This document shows positions 40,530-50,290 of a stretch of 64,000 bases of DNA, one piece after another (within the stretch, counting starts at the first letter, position 1; each line of letters begins with the position of its first letter). The stretch lies in the IMG/VR virus record IMGVR_UViG_3300027782_003801; one strand, given 5' to 3'. This DNA is from an uncultured virus (IMG/VR IMGVR_UViG_3300027782_003801) (Duplodnaviria > Heunggongvirae > Uroviricota > Caudoviricetes). A program made the position numbers and the translations under genes. The notes beneath the pieces were generated by a model. That model was given only the letters and a program-made list of their open reading frames with translations, was not told the origin of the DNA and searched no databases.

Positions 40530-41216
40530 ATGAAAATAGAAGCATTATTTATCTCCGATGTTCATTTAGGTTCTAAAGGTTCAAATGCTGAACAAGTGTT
40601 AAATGTCCTTAAACAATATCAACCCAACTATCTATTCTTAGTTGGTGATATAATAGACGGATGGTTATTGAAACGTAAATTCCGTTGGCCACAATCACAC
40701 ACAAACGTAATTAGAAAGATAATGTCTTATTCCAAGAATGGGACAAAGGTGATATACTTGCCAGGAAACCATGATGAATTTGCCAGAGAATATTTGGATT
40801 TGAATTTCGGCAACATTGAAATTCATAATGAATACATATGGAACAACACATACATAACTCACGGAGATTTATATGACGGTGTTGTTAAACTTAAATGGTT
40901 GGGAATATTGGGTAGTATCGGTTACGACTTTGCCATTTCCATAGACAGAAGATTAAAGAAGTTAGGGTATAAAAGGTCACTATCCAAATTCTTAAAGGAT
41001 AAAGTAAAAGAGGCCGTTAAGTTCATCACATCTTTTGAGGGAGAATTATGTCGTCAAGGTATTAAACATAATTGTTCAACTGTAATGTGTGGTCATATTC
41101 ACCATCCAGAAGATAAACTAATTGATGGTGTTAGATATTTAAATTGTGGGGATTGGATTGAAAATAATTCTTACATCATCTACAACGACAATGAATACAC
41201 TGTTATTAAAGGATAA
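40530..41216 (+). CDS. LpxH2/PlcP-like metallophosphoesterase (UDP-2,3-diacylglucosamine diphosphatase family)
   Basis: FISDVHLG, LVGDIIDGW, PGNHDE, HGD, CGHIH, YLNCGDW.E. Confidence 0.88.
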   Translation: MKIEALFISDVHLGSKGSNAEQVLNVLKQYQPNYLFLVGDIIDGWLLKRKFRWPQSHTNVIRKIMSYSKNGTKVIYLPGNHDEFAREYLDLNFGNIEIHNEYIWNNTYITHGDLYDGVVKLKWLGILGSIGYDFAISIDRRLKKLGYKRSLSKFLKDKVKEAVKFITSFEGELCRQGIKHNCSTVMCGHIHHPEDKLIDGVRYLNCGDWIENNSYIIYNDNEYTVIKG

Positions 41217-41907
41217 GTTAACCATAGTAATCCCGTGTAAAAATGAGGGGGTAAACATCTACGAGTGTTTGGGGTTCATATCTAAACAAAGAGGGATTGC
41301 AGGTACAAGAGTAATCATTTCAGATAATTCGGATGATGAGGAATCATTGAGGTGGATATATCAAACAGAATCAGATTACAAATATTCATTAAAAATAGAA
41401 GTAATAGAGGGCGGGTTTCCCGCTCAATCAAGGTTAAACGGATCAAAGTTAGTTACCACACCTTATATGTTATTCTTGGATGCTGATATAATGTTGTTTA
41501 AACAAGGTTTGTTGGAAACGGTGGTAGAATATGAGAAAGACCTGGTGACCGTCCCATTTGAGACGGAAACAGGGTTTAATTGGATTTTTAGGATGTTTGA
41601 TGTTACCCAAAGATTGTCAGTGTTTCTTGGAACACCATTTGCGGTTGGTGGATTTCAGTTATTTAAAACAGAATCATATTGGAACATCGGTGGTTATAAC
41701 CCAAATGAAAAGTTTGCTGAAGATTATTCTCTATCACAAAAGATTGATAGTCAGAACTTTAAGATACATAAAACTGGTGGTGTTTGGACATCAGCAAGAA
41801 GATTTAAGAATAAAGGAGTTTTTTATATGGTTAAGATATTAATCAAATCTTATTTAAACCGAAACAATCCTGAGTTTTTTATGAAAGACCACGGTTATTG
41901 GGGTTAA
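41191..41907 (+). CDS. Family 2 glycosyltransferase
   Basis: IVIPCKNE, FLDAD, GGY..AEDY, TSARRF. Confidence 0.88.
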   Translation: MNTLLLKDKLTIVIPCKNEGVNIYECLGFISKQRGIAGTRVIISDNSDDEESLRWIYQTESDYKYSLKIEVIEGGFPAQSRLNGSKLVTTPYMLFLDADIMLFKQGLLETVVEYEKDLVTVPFETETGFNWIFRMFDVTQRLSVFLGTPFAVGGFQLFKTESYWNIGGYNPNEKFAEDYSLSQKIDSQNFKIHKTGGVWTSARRFKNKGVFYMVKILIKSYLNRNNPEFFMKDHGYWG

Positions 41908-41935
41908 AATCAATATAATATGGTATTTATACCTA

Positions 41936-42256
41936 ATGAATAGGAAAGAGTATAGACGTTTATTACAAGACCCGAAGTGGAAGATTAAAGCGTCATTTAT
42001 AAGAAAGAGAGATAACCACACCTGCGTCAGATGTGGAAAGAAATCACATAGATTACAGGTACATCATACCAAATACGAAGATGGTCTAATGCCGTGGGAA
42101 TACGATAACAGTACATTGGAATCGTTATGTTCATATTGTCATAAGAAGGAACACAATATCAAACCAAAGAAGAAAAGATTACCAAGAAAGAAGAAGAGTG
42201 TAAAAGAACCACAACCTATTAGTAGAGTCATTAGAGTTAAAAAATTTGATGAATAA
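41936..42256 (+). CDS. HNH endonuclease
   Basis: RDNHTCVRCG..LQVHH..LCSYCHKKEH. Confidence 0.85.
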   Translation: MNRKEYRRLLQDPKWKIKASFIRKRDNHTCVRCGKKSHRLQVHHTKYEDGLMPWEYDNSTLESLCSYCHKKEHNIKPKKKRLPRKKKSVKEPQPISRVIRVKKFDE

Positions 42257-42294
42257 TATTTGGAATATTCGTTAATATAATTTATATTAAACAT

Positions 42295-43137
42295 ATGAAA
42301 AATGTTTTCAGTAAGAAAATAATTAATTTTACGCCGACAGGTACACAAACTACTCGTGAAAATTCTTATGCACCATTGTTACCAAATGAGATAATTGAAG
42401 GGGTTCATGAGGCAAATGAATTAGGGATTTCAATTGTCCATTTACATGCTAAAGATGAAGAAACATTAAAGAATACATATAAAAAAGAAACTTATCAAAA
42501 AATAATAGAAGGGATAAAAAAACATTGTCCTGAATTATTAATTTGTGTTTCATTAACTGGTAGAAACTTCCCCGAGTTGGAGAAAAGAACTGAGGTTCTA
42601 CAACTACATCCTGATATGGGATCATTAACGATGTCATCATTAAACTTCCCAACAGGTGCGTCAGTTAATGAACCAAATATAATTTTATCATTAATTAATG
42701 AAATGGAAAAGTATGGAGTTAATCCTGAAATTGAATGTTTTGATTCTGGTATGATTAACTACACAAATTATTTAATATCAAAGAACATTTTAAAAGAACC
42801 ACATTATATAAATGTAATATTAGGTAATATATACAACTCACAATCTGATATTCAATCAATAGCATCAATTAAATCTTCATTACCTAATAACGCAAAAGTA
42901 TGTTTTGGTGGTATTGGTTCACAACAATTAAGGAGTAATGTTTATGGGTTACTTGAATCGGATGGAGTCAGAATTGGTTTAGAAGATAACTTATATTATA
43001 AAGATAAAGAGAAGACAACCAACACACAATTATTAAAAAGAATTCATAACATAATGAATGACATGGAGTTGGAAATTTTATCATCAAAAGAACTAAGAGA
43101 TTTAGGATATGGAAACAAAAATATTAGTATTAGGTAA
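42295..43137 (+). CDS. Beta-keto acid cleavage enzyme (BKACE/Kce, DUF849) family
   Basis: PTG, IVHLHAKD, PDMGSL..SLNF, PEIECFD, VRIGLEDN. Confidence 0.88.
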   Translation: MKNVFSKKIINFTPTGTQTTRENSYAPLLPNEIIEGVHEANELGISIVHLHAKDEETLKNTYKKETYQKIIEGIKKHCPELLICVSLTGRNFPELEKRTEVLQLHPDMGSLTMSSLNFPTGASVNEPNIILSLINEMEKYGVNPEIECFDSGMINYTNYLISKNILKEPHYINVILGNIYNSQSDIQSIASIKSSLPNNAKVCFGGIGSQQLRSNVYGLLESDGVRIGLEDNLYYKDKEKTTNTQLLKRIHNIMNDMELEILSSKELRDLGYGNKNISIR

Positions 43138-43780
43138 GGGAGATAATGTTATCACAATGATATTAGATAATTTATATTCTTACTCTATAGATAGATTATT
43201 AGATTTTGGTAAAGATATTGTTGTGTATAATAATTTAGATTTACCAATTTTAAATTCATTTGACCATGGCAAATTCAATATTGAAGTTTTAAATGAGGTT
43301 AATGTAGATGACTTTAATTTATATATATTAGGAATTTACCAACCTAAAAATAAAATTAAAATTATAGAATCGTTAAATCCTGATAAAAATAAATTCATTA
43401 ATGTTATTCATAAAGGAGAAGATATTTCATATACAAGTACACTTGGTTATGGATTATTAATTAATTCTAAAGTATCAATTGCGGCGCATACGACAATAGG
43501 TAATTTTGTTTCTATTAATAGACACGTATCAATTGGTCACCATACAACTATTGGAGATTTTACTTCAATAAATCCAGGTGTTAATATTGCGGGTAATGTA
43601 ACCATTGGTAAAGGTTGTCAAATAGGTATCGGTGCAAACATACTTGACGGAATCACAATAGGAGACAATACGGTAATAGGTGCGGGTTCATTAGTCACCA
43701 AAGACATTCCAAAAAATGTGGTTGCCTACGGTAGCCCTTGTAAAATAGTAAATCATCAATATGAAACACAATCCATATAA
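43109..43780 (+). CDS. NeuD/PglD-like sugar acetyltransferase (hexapeptide repeat)
   Basis: IGHH, hexapeptide repeats, IGAGSLVTKDIP..GSP. Confidence 0.85.
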   Translation: METKILVLGKGDNVITMILDNLYSYSIDRLLDFGKDIVVYNNLDLPILNSFDHGKFNIEVLNEVNVDDFNLYILGIYQPKNKIKIIESLNPDKNKFINVIHKGEDISYTSTLGYGLLINSKVSIAAHTTIGNFVSINRHVSIGHHTTIGDFTSINPGVNIAGNVTIGKGCQIGIGANILDGITIGDNTVIGAGSLVTKDIPKNVVAYGSPCKIVNHQYETQSI

Positions 43781-44357
43781 AATAGTTCAAATGTTCGAGG
43801 AGGAGGTTGCTGAATACACGGGATCACCTTACGCAATTGCATTAGATAATTGTACCGACGCATTATTTCTTTGTTGTGTATATTCAAAAGTAACAGAAGT
43901 AACCATCCCTAAAAAAACATACCTTTCAGTTCCACAAGCGATTATGTCTTCAGGTGGTAAAGTAAAATTTGATGATACTGAATGGAAAGGTGTTTACGAA
44001 TTAAAACCATATAAGATATACGATTCGGCAAGAAGATTCACAAGTGGTATGTACATACCAAATAGTTTTATGTGTCTTTCTTTCCACCCTAAAAAAATAT
44101 TACAAATGAGAAAAGGTGGAATGATATTGACAGATAATGAAGATGCGTATAAATGGTTTAAAAAAGCTAGACACGAGGGAAGAGACGAAATACCATACAC
44201 CCAAGATAACATTAAGTTTTTAGGTTGGAACATGTATATGACACCACCAGATGCTGCTGATGGATTATGGTTAATGTCATCAATGCCAAAACATAATGAA
44301 GATACAATTGAGAACTATCCCGATTTAACAAAAAATGATTTATTCAATAAATTTTAA
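43761..44357 (+). CDS. Short DegT/DnrJ-like aminotransferase (paralog of 2804..3391)
   Basis: FEEEVAEY, DSA, SFHPKK..GGMILT. Confidence 0.8.
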   Translation: MKHNPYKIVQMFEEEVAEYTGSPYAIALDNCTDALFLCCVYSKVTEVTIPKKTYLSVPQAIMSSGGKVKFDDTEWKGVYELKPYKIYDSARRFTSGMYIPNSFMCLSFHPKKILQMRKGGMILTDNEDAYKWFKKARHEGRDEIPYTQDNIKFLGWNMYMTPPDAADGLWLMSSMPKHNEDTIENYPDLTKNDLFNKF

Positions 44358-45314
44358 ATGATGGAAGATTTAATACTTATAACCGCATATTGCGAAACTG
44401 AAAAACAAGAAGAGGCATTAAATAGATGTATTGATTCGGTAAGTAAACTTGGATTTCACATTTTACTAATATCCCATTCACACATACCCACACACATACA
44501 AAAAAAATGTAATTATTATTTTTATGATTATAATAATGATGTTAGTGAGGACCATAATTTATTAGGACATTTTACTTTTAACTTTGATAATAAAAAAATA
44601 AATTCTAGATTCTTTATTAAAAAATTTTACGGGTTTGCTATATATAGAATGTTTTCAATTGCTAGTCAAATTGCCACAAATTTTGGATATGATAATCTAC
44701 ATCATATTGAATATGATTGCGAATTGTTAGATGAAAATTTAATCTTTGAAAATAAAGAAAATCTTAAAAAGTACGATTCGGTAATTTGTACTGACACTGG
44801 TGATAAAAATGGGTGGTTGTATGGTTCATTTAAGTCATTCAAAGTTAAATCGTTACCTGATAAATTTAAAAATTACGATAGAGATTTTATTGAATCTGAA
44901 ATGAAAAATCTAACTAAAACTCATTTAGAATTTCTAACAAAAAAATTATTTATTGATGGTGGAAAAACTTTATTTAAAAATGAACCACCAAAAGATAAAT
45001 TTAAAAAGGGAAATATATCCGAACATAGGTATTTACATTTTACACTTTATTTTGATTCTGAAAATGAAACATTAAATATTTTTTATAATGCAATTAATAT
45101 AAAAAAATCAGAAGAAATAACTGTAATGGTAAATAAAGAAAAGGTAACCAATCTAATAACAAAACCTGGATTTTGGACTACAAGAGAATTGGGTAATTTT
45201 AATGAAATAACACATGTTAGGGTAGATAATAATAAAAAAGTTATTTATGAAATTGCATTTGATGACGATTTTAGAGAAATCTTCAAAATAAAATCATATA
45301 TTACAGAAAATTAA
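44358..45314 (+). CDS. Hypothetical protein, glycosyltransferase-like
   Basis: LISHS, YYFYD..N, IEYD. Confidence 0.5.
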   Translation: MMEDLILITAYCETEKQEEALNRCIDSVSKLGFHILLISHSHIPTHIQKKCNYYFYDYNNDVSEDHNLLGHFTFNFDNKKINSRFFIKKFYGFAIYRMFSIASQIATNFGYDNLHHIEYDCELLDENLIFENKENLKKYDSVICTDTGDKNGWLYGSFKSFKVKSLPDKFKNYDRDFIESEMKNLTKTHLEFLTKKLFIDGGKTLFKNEPPKDKFKKGNISEHRYLHFTLYFDSENETLNIFYNAINIKKSEEITVMVNKEKVTNLITKPGFWTTRELGNFNEITHVRVDNNKKVIYEIAFDDDFREIFKIKSYITEN

Positions 45315-45320
45315 AAATAA

Positions 45321-46025
45321 ATGAAAAACACATTCAATAAGGCTTACGAAAGTTATAAGAATCACATGAAAAATAATGTGAATGATTATGACAACACATT
45401 CAGACATCAACTAAGAAGAAAACAATGTGAAACCTTAATTAATTCTATTAATAATAGATTTAATTTTGATAAAATAATAACATTAGAAACAGGAACATCA
45501 CAAAGTTATGATGATGGTTTATATGGATTGTTTCTTGGTTTTGTTAGTTTATATACAAATGGTAAAATGTCATCAGTAGACATCAACGAAGGATATGTTA
45601 AAAAATCCATACAAAAGTTTAATGAAGTTATTCCTGATTTAGATTATACCGCACACATAGGGGATTCGGTCAGTTATTTAAAAAATATAGAAGAGATACC
45701 AAATTTAGTTCATCTTGACAGTTGGGATTTTAACTTGTTTGACCCGTTTCCTTCCGCACTTCACGGATGGATGGAGTTTGATGCGATTCAAAGTAAAATG
45801 GAATCTGGTAGTATAATTATTATTGATGATAATTGGAGAAAGGACACAACGTTACAATGGAACTACGGTAATGGAACATCTACAGATGTTCCAATAAAGT
45901 ATCCTATGATTGGAAAAGGAACACACATATATCAACAAGCTCTCGCCGATAGAATCGGTTGGAAATTAATTGGTAACCATTACGATACATTCGATAATAT
46001 AAAGATTATTATACAAAAAAATTAA
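45321..46025 (+). CDS. Class I SAM-dependent methyltransferase-like
   Basis: LETGTS, SVDI, GDSVSYL, HLDS.D, IIIDD, GKG. Confidence 0.7.
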   Translation: MKNTFNKAYESYKNHMKNNVNDYDNTFRHQLRRKQCETLINSINNRFNFDKIITLETGTSQSYDDGLYGLFLGFVSLYTNGKMSSVDINEGYVKKSIQKFNEVIPDLDYTAHIGDSVSYLKNIEEIPNLVHLDSWDFNLFDPFPSALHGWMEFDAIQSKMESGSIIIIDDNWRKDTTLQWNYGNGTSTDVPIKYPMIGKGTHIYQQALADRIGWKLIGNHYDTFDNIKIIIQKN

Positions 46026-46037
46026 AGTGATTGTGTT

Positions 46038-46274
46038 TTAACCATTTTCATTTAATCGTTGAGTCAATTCATTAGTTAATATACGAATCCATTCGTCTTT
46101 TGTTTTCCCATTGTATGGGTCGGGTATTTCGGTTAGACCAACACCCCGTAAACATAAAATAGTATTCTCAATGTGACTAGCGGTCATATAAAAAATAGGG
46201 GTATCTCGACCATTTTGAGACCTCCAACAGACATTCCTATCGAATATTTCCCCTCTTAAGAATTTAAACTCCAT
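46038..46274 (-). CDS. FKFL-tag protein
   Basis: MEFKFLRG start 3 nt after a minus-strand TATCTTTG promoter; W.SQNGR..I..M..SHIEN. Confidence 0.7.
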   Translation of the reverse strand: MEFKFLRGEIFDRNVCWRSQNGRDTPIFYMTASHIENTILCLRGVGLTEIPDPYNGKTKDEWIRILTNELTQRLNENG

Positions 46275-46277
46275 AGA

Positions 46278-46325
46278 CAAAGATAACATTAATTTTGTAT
46301 ATTCCAAATAATATCCTTATCTTTG
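46278..46325. promoter_or_regulatory. Overlapping divergent Bacteroidota-type promoters
   Basis: TATCTTTG on both strands (46318 +, 46278 -), each with an upstream TTTG. Confidence 0.7.
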
Positions 46326-46329
46326 TTAT

Positions 46330-46740
46330 ATGAATACATCAATAACTTTGTCGTTGGTTCTTTTACTTCTTCCTTATGAAATGGAAAAATCTGAAAGGAT
46401 AATAATGGAAAAGATAAAGACGTTAGAACCAATATCTGTAACTTTAACCACATACACAACAAGTGCAAAGGAAACAGATTCAACACCTAACATAACCGCA
46501 TCTGGTTTTAAAATTGATACACTTAATCCAATGAAACATAGGATTATTGCGGTATCAAGGGATTTAAAAAAGAAATGGAAGTTTGGAACAAAGGTGAGAA
46601 TAACTGGTGCGGGAAAGTACAATGGAACTTATTATGTGAGAGATTTAATGAACAAAAGATATAAGAAACGAATTGATATATTAATTGGAAAAAACCATAA
46701 ACAAATTAAATTAGAAGATATAAAAATCTACAAAATATGA
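46330..46740 (+). CDS. 3D-domain (MltA-like) cell-wall protein
   Basis: TDSTPNITASG, IAVSRD, FGTKV, VRD.M, RIDI. Confidence 0.8.
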   Translation: MNTSITLSLVLLLLPYEMEKSERIIMEKIKTLEPISVTLTTYTTSAKETDSTPNITASGFKIDTLNPMKHRIIAVSRDLKKKWKFGTKVRITGAGKYNGTYYVRDLMNKRYKKRIDILIGKNHKQIKLEDIKIYKI

Positions 46741-46988
46741 TATTCTTTTTATTCTACATAATAGGATTTATCCTAACACTAACATTCTTAAAGTTATTTG
46801 GTAAGAAGATGGAGATTGATTATGATCCACCACATGATGAGGATTATGACGACTATAAAAATAATGCTGAGGCCTATCTATTCTTTTCATTGAGTTGGTT
46901 TGTGACCGCACCAATGTTTATTGTTGTTGCTACAATTCAATTGTTATATAAATTTACACAATGGTTTATGAAATACCCAAACGTTTAA
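46737..46988 (+). CDS. Small membrane protein
   Basis: Two TM helices. Confidence 0.6.
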   Translation: MIFFLFYIIGFILTLTFLKLFGKKMEIDYDPPHDEDYDDYKNNAEAYLFFSLSWFVTAPMFIVVATIQLLYKFTQWFMKYPNV

Positions 46989-46989
46989 T

Positions 46990-47136
46990 ATGAAATTAGT
47001 TGCAATTGCTTTATTAATCTTACCGGTGTTCTTTATTGAAGCCACACTAACGGTATTAACAATTACTATTTATTTGTGGATAATTAAAGCACGTGGTGGT
47101 GATTTATTAACAGAAAAATTAATACATAAGTTATGA
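46990..47136 (+). CDS. Small membrane protein (48 aa)
   Basis: Manual translation MKLVAIALLILPVFF... Confidence 0.55.
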   Translation: MKLVAIALLILPVFFIEATLTVLTITIYLWIIKARGGDLLTEKLIHKL

Positions 47137-47333
47137 TACTACTAATATACTGGATACTAACAACAATTTATGGAACATATTGGTTGGTTAAACATCCATC
47201 AGACAGAAGATATGAGGATGATGATGAATTTACATTATTGGAAGTTATTGCTAAGACCGTTCCAGCTGCATTATTATCGTGGCTATTTGTTCCAATGTTT
47301 TTATTACACCAAATAAAATTTAAAAGAAGGTGA
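47133..47333 (+). CDS. Small membrane protein
   Basis: Two hydrophobic segments; coupled start. Confidence 0.6.
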   Translation: MILLIYWILTTIYGTYWLVKHPSDRRYEDDDEFTLLEVIAKTVPAALLSWLFVPMFLLHQIKFKRR

Positions 47334-47503
47334 TTGAATTTAAATTTCTTAATGAGAACACAGACAATCGACCCAAAACAAGGGACGAGGTACTTATTAT
47401 AGTTAGAGATAACCTAAACATACTATTTGATGGAAATTATAGAAACCATGTTGATATAGACGACATCGTTGAACAAGTGTGTAGAAATTTAAGAATAGAA
47501 TAA
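47330..47503 (+). CDS. FKFL-tag protein (57 aa, GTG start)
   Basis: GTGA overlap; MIEFKFLNENTD... Confidence 0.6.
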   Translation: MIEFKFLNENTDNRPKTRDEVLIIVRDNLNILFDGNYRNHVDIDDIVEQVCRNLRIE

Positions 47504-47504
47504 T

Positions 47505-48107
47505 ATGAGAATTTTAATATTAACACATCAAAGGTCTGGTGGATTATCTTTAGTGTCTTGGATTTCAAGAGAATTAAATTTTATATTGTACCATGAACCA
47601 TTCTCAATAAATTATTATGATGAAGGGATTATTAATGATGTTATGAATAATGATAATATCGTTGTAAAAGAATTTCAATATAATATTGAAAAAGGAGGGT
47701 TTAATTTAAATGATGTAATATCTAAATTTGATAAAGTGATAATACATTATAGAGGTAACTATAACGATGTGGCAATTAGTTTAACATATTTTGACAAAAA
47801 CGATGGGACTAAAATGCATAAGACATATGAAATGACCGATGAATGGATAAAAGATAATGAAGAAGAGATTGAAAAAATGAAAGTAATTAATAATGAAATG
47901 TATTGTAGTGTCCAAAGATTAAAAATTGAAGGGTCTTTGACAACAACTTACGATGGAATATATAATGATAAATCTGATATACCAAAACTTTTAGAGTTTT
48001 TAAATGTGACTTATCCAAGACATTTAGATATATTAGATAAAAGGCATAAATTACAAAATGGTGATGTTGGAATGGATGATGTTAAAGTTAAACGAAAAAT
48101 AATATGA
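47505..48107 (+). CDS. Sulfotransferase-like (Stf0-type) P-loop protein
   Basis: ILTHQRSGGLSL, HEPF, VVK, R....VAIS, TYD. Confidence 0.6.
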   Translation: MRILILTHQRSGGLSLVSWISRELNFILYHEPFSINYYDEGIINDVMNNDNIVVKEFQYNIEKGGFNLNDVISKFDKVIIHYRGNYNDVAISLTYFDKNDGTKMHKTYEMTDEWIKDNEEEIEKMKVINNEMYCSVQRLKIEGSLTTTYDGIYNDKSDIPKLLEFLNVTYPRHLDILDKRHKLQNGDVGMDDVKVKRKII

Positions 48108-48283
48108 ATATATTGGAACTATATGAAAGATATAATAAAGTGTATGAAATTGAATTAAGAGAAGTTGCAACTCCATATCATTTACAACTTATGAAAGAGA
48201 TTGATATGTTAGAGAAGTTAACAATAGATGAGTTTAAAGAAAAATTAAATAACATAGATTTTAAAAAGAAATGGGGAAATTAA
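48104..48283 (+). CDS. Hypothetical protein (59 aa)
   Basis: Manual translation; fills gap with overlaps at both ends. Confidence 0.55.
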   Translation: MNILELYERYNKVYEIELREVATPYHLQLMKEIDMLEKLTIDEFKEKLNNIDFKKKWGN

Positions 48284-49020
48284 AGTGTGCGGTATTAATA
48301 TTTGGACCTTACAGAGAATTTGACACTGTATATGATTCTTGGTCTTTTATGGAACATTACGAATGCGATTATTATATATCTACATGGGATAGAAATAAAA
48401 TGTCACATAAAGGACACGGTGTGGAAATTAATGAGGTTATTACAAAAGAAATGATATTGTCTAAATTACCTTGTGCAACAATTGCGATAAAGGAAGATGA
48501 TGACAGGTATCTAAATAATAACTGTAAAATGTCATTTCATTGGAAAACCTGTCTTCAATTGTTGGAGGAAAGTAATAAAGAATATGATATATGTTTATTA
48601 ACTAGATTTGATAATTTCACAACACCATTTAATAGTTGGAATGATATTGATAAAAATGAAATATATACTGAAATTGATAACAAACCATTTATGATGGAAA
48701 ATGTAATGTCATTGAATGATTATTTTTATTTAGGTAACTTTGAGAAGATGAAAGAAATTATTAGAAAATTTCCTGTTGTTTCAAAAGACCCACACGGTGA
48801 TATGTATAATGTTATAAAAGATTTAAATATAAAGTTAATCAATTTGTTTGAAAAAAATGATAACACCAAAGGTGTGCAAATTATTCAAGCTAGACCCAAT
48901 TCAAGGGGAATGGAACATTTAGAATATAGTAGATTAGTAACTTTAAATGTAGAGTGGTGTGATGGTTGGGATAAAGAGTTTATTCATCCTCCAGGATATT
49001 ACCCATTTAATTCTAAATAA
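48271..49020 (+). CDS. Glycosyltransferase-like protein (paralog of the 37491 domains)
   Basis: AVLIFGPYREF, DYYISTW, FHWK, TRFD, DYFYLG. Confidence 0.6.
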   Translation: MGKLKCAVLIFGPYREFDTVYDSWSFMEHYECDYYISTWDRNKMSHKGHGVEINEVITKEMILSKLPCATIAIKEDDDRYLNNNCKMSFHWKTCLQLLEESNKEYDICLLTRFDNFTTPFNSWNDIDKNEIYTEIDNKPFMMENVMSLNDYFYLGNFEKMKEIIRKFPVVSKDPHGDMYNVIKDLNIKLINLFEKNDNTKGVQIIQARPNSRGMEHLEYSRLVTLNVEWCDGWDKEFIHPPGYYPFNSK

Positions 49021-49714
49021 TTTTTGAGATTATATGGTTATAAAATAAATCACATTGAACTTGGTGACCCAATTCCCCCATGTGATAATCAATAATTTCA
49101 TTATTTGTTTCCTCAATAATTCTTTGACCACCCTTATTTAAAACGATAGCAAGCGGATGATGTTCATATTGTCCCATTATATATTTTTTATCTAACTTTT
49201 CATTTAATGGTTTATTATAAATTATATTATCTTCACAAGACCAAAAATATAAATTAAATCCTACAAGTTTAGATAATTTAGACATTATTTCAATATAGTT
49301 TTTAACATCTTTAACGTATAACGGATGTGTTCTATTAATACAAATTTCTTCATGGACTTCTTTGTTAATTTTTTTTTCGGATATATCACCAGGACCATTA
49401 CATATCCAACTTTCGTTATACCAATTATCGTTTGCAACCCATCTATAACGACCCATATAAGACCACCCAACAATAACAGTATCATTTTTTTTTATTTCGT
49501 TCATGTGTTCAATAAAAGTGTGAAATATTAAATCATTACCTGAAGCCCCCTTAGCATAGTTAATGGGATTTAAATTTAACTTTTCAGACAGTAGTTCCAA
49601 CCATATTTTGGGTAAGTTACCACCTCTCCATTCTTTATACTTTATATAATGTGAGTTCATATCTAAGTTCCAACTCTCAGTGTAACTACATCCAAATCCA
49701 AATAAGTTATTCAT
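49013..49714 (-). CDS. SGNH/GDSL-like protein
   Basis: FGCSYT, GASGN, GWS..R, DYHMGELGH. Confidence 0.7.
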   Translation of the reverse strand: MNNLFGFGCSYTESWNLDMNSHYIKYKEWRGGNLPKIWLELLSEKLNLNPINYAKGASGNDLIFHTFIEHMNEIKKNDTVIVGWSYMGRYRWVANDNWYNESWICNGPGDISEKKINKEVHEEICINRTHPLYVKDVKNYIEIMSKLSKLVGFNLYFWSCEDNIIYNKPLNEKLDKKYIMGQYEHHPLAIVLNKGGQRIIEETNNEIIDYHMGELGHQVQCDLFYNHIISKII

Positions 49715-49797
49715 ATACCATAAATATGGTATTATTTAAGTTACTAACATCCAAAATCTGTTTTGGAATACCAAATATTATATGTATATTTAATCTT

Positions 49798-50250
49798 ATG
49801 GGACTCTCAACATTTAGATTTTTCAGGGGTATACTTCGTAAAGCGAGAGTAGTTCAATTAAGACATAGATTGACAAGAACACCAATTGCACACATACCAG
49901 TTCCCCCACACACAGCAACGATATCTGAATATCGTAGAGCGTTTATTAATGGATGGAGATCCTGTGAGTTCGGAAGGAACATATACGACTGCCCACATTC
50001 ATCATACGACCTGGTTGAAATACAATTAAAAAGGGAATGGGAATTTGGATTCACAGAATGTTTTAACACAAGACAAGAGGATTTTGTTGAGATTGACACA
50101 ACAATTACTCAAACAGATGAACAATGTTATCTAAATGGATGGGAACGAGCACAACAAGGACGTCCATTAAATGAAAACCCACATACATACGGGTCACACC
50201 AATTTAATATGTGGTATGTTGGGTGGAATGACTTTGTGGATAACCATTAG
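49798..50250 (+). CDS. FxFF-tag protein with two RMF/CrpP-like repeats
   Basis: MGLSTFRFFRG; AFINGW..G....CPH...W..GF and YLNGW..A..G....NPH...W..GW. Confidence 0.65.
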   Translation: MGLSTFRFFRGILRKARVVQLRHRLTRTPIAHIPVPPHTATISEYRRAFINGWRSCEFGRNIYDCPHSSYDLVEIQLKREWEFGFTECFNTRQEDFVEIDTTITQTDEQCYLNGWERAQQGRPLNENPHTYGSHQFNMWYVGWNDFVDNH

Positions 50251-50290
50251 AATATTTCGTATATCCAAACTAATATCTTATATTTGTATC

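Noticed and set aside
41936..42256. HNH as part of an intron or mobile element
   Set aside because: Free-standing between intact genes, with no interrupted host gene or terminal repeats seen
49651..50290. Upstream-extended starts in the ORF track (also 26685, 39725, 40293, 46307, 52389, 58995)
   Set aside because: Extensions run through promoters or neighbouring genes; downstream ATGs fit promoter spacing or coupling
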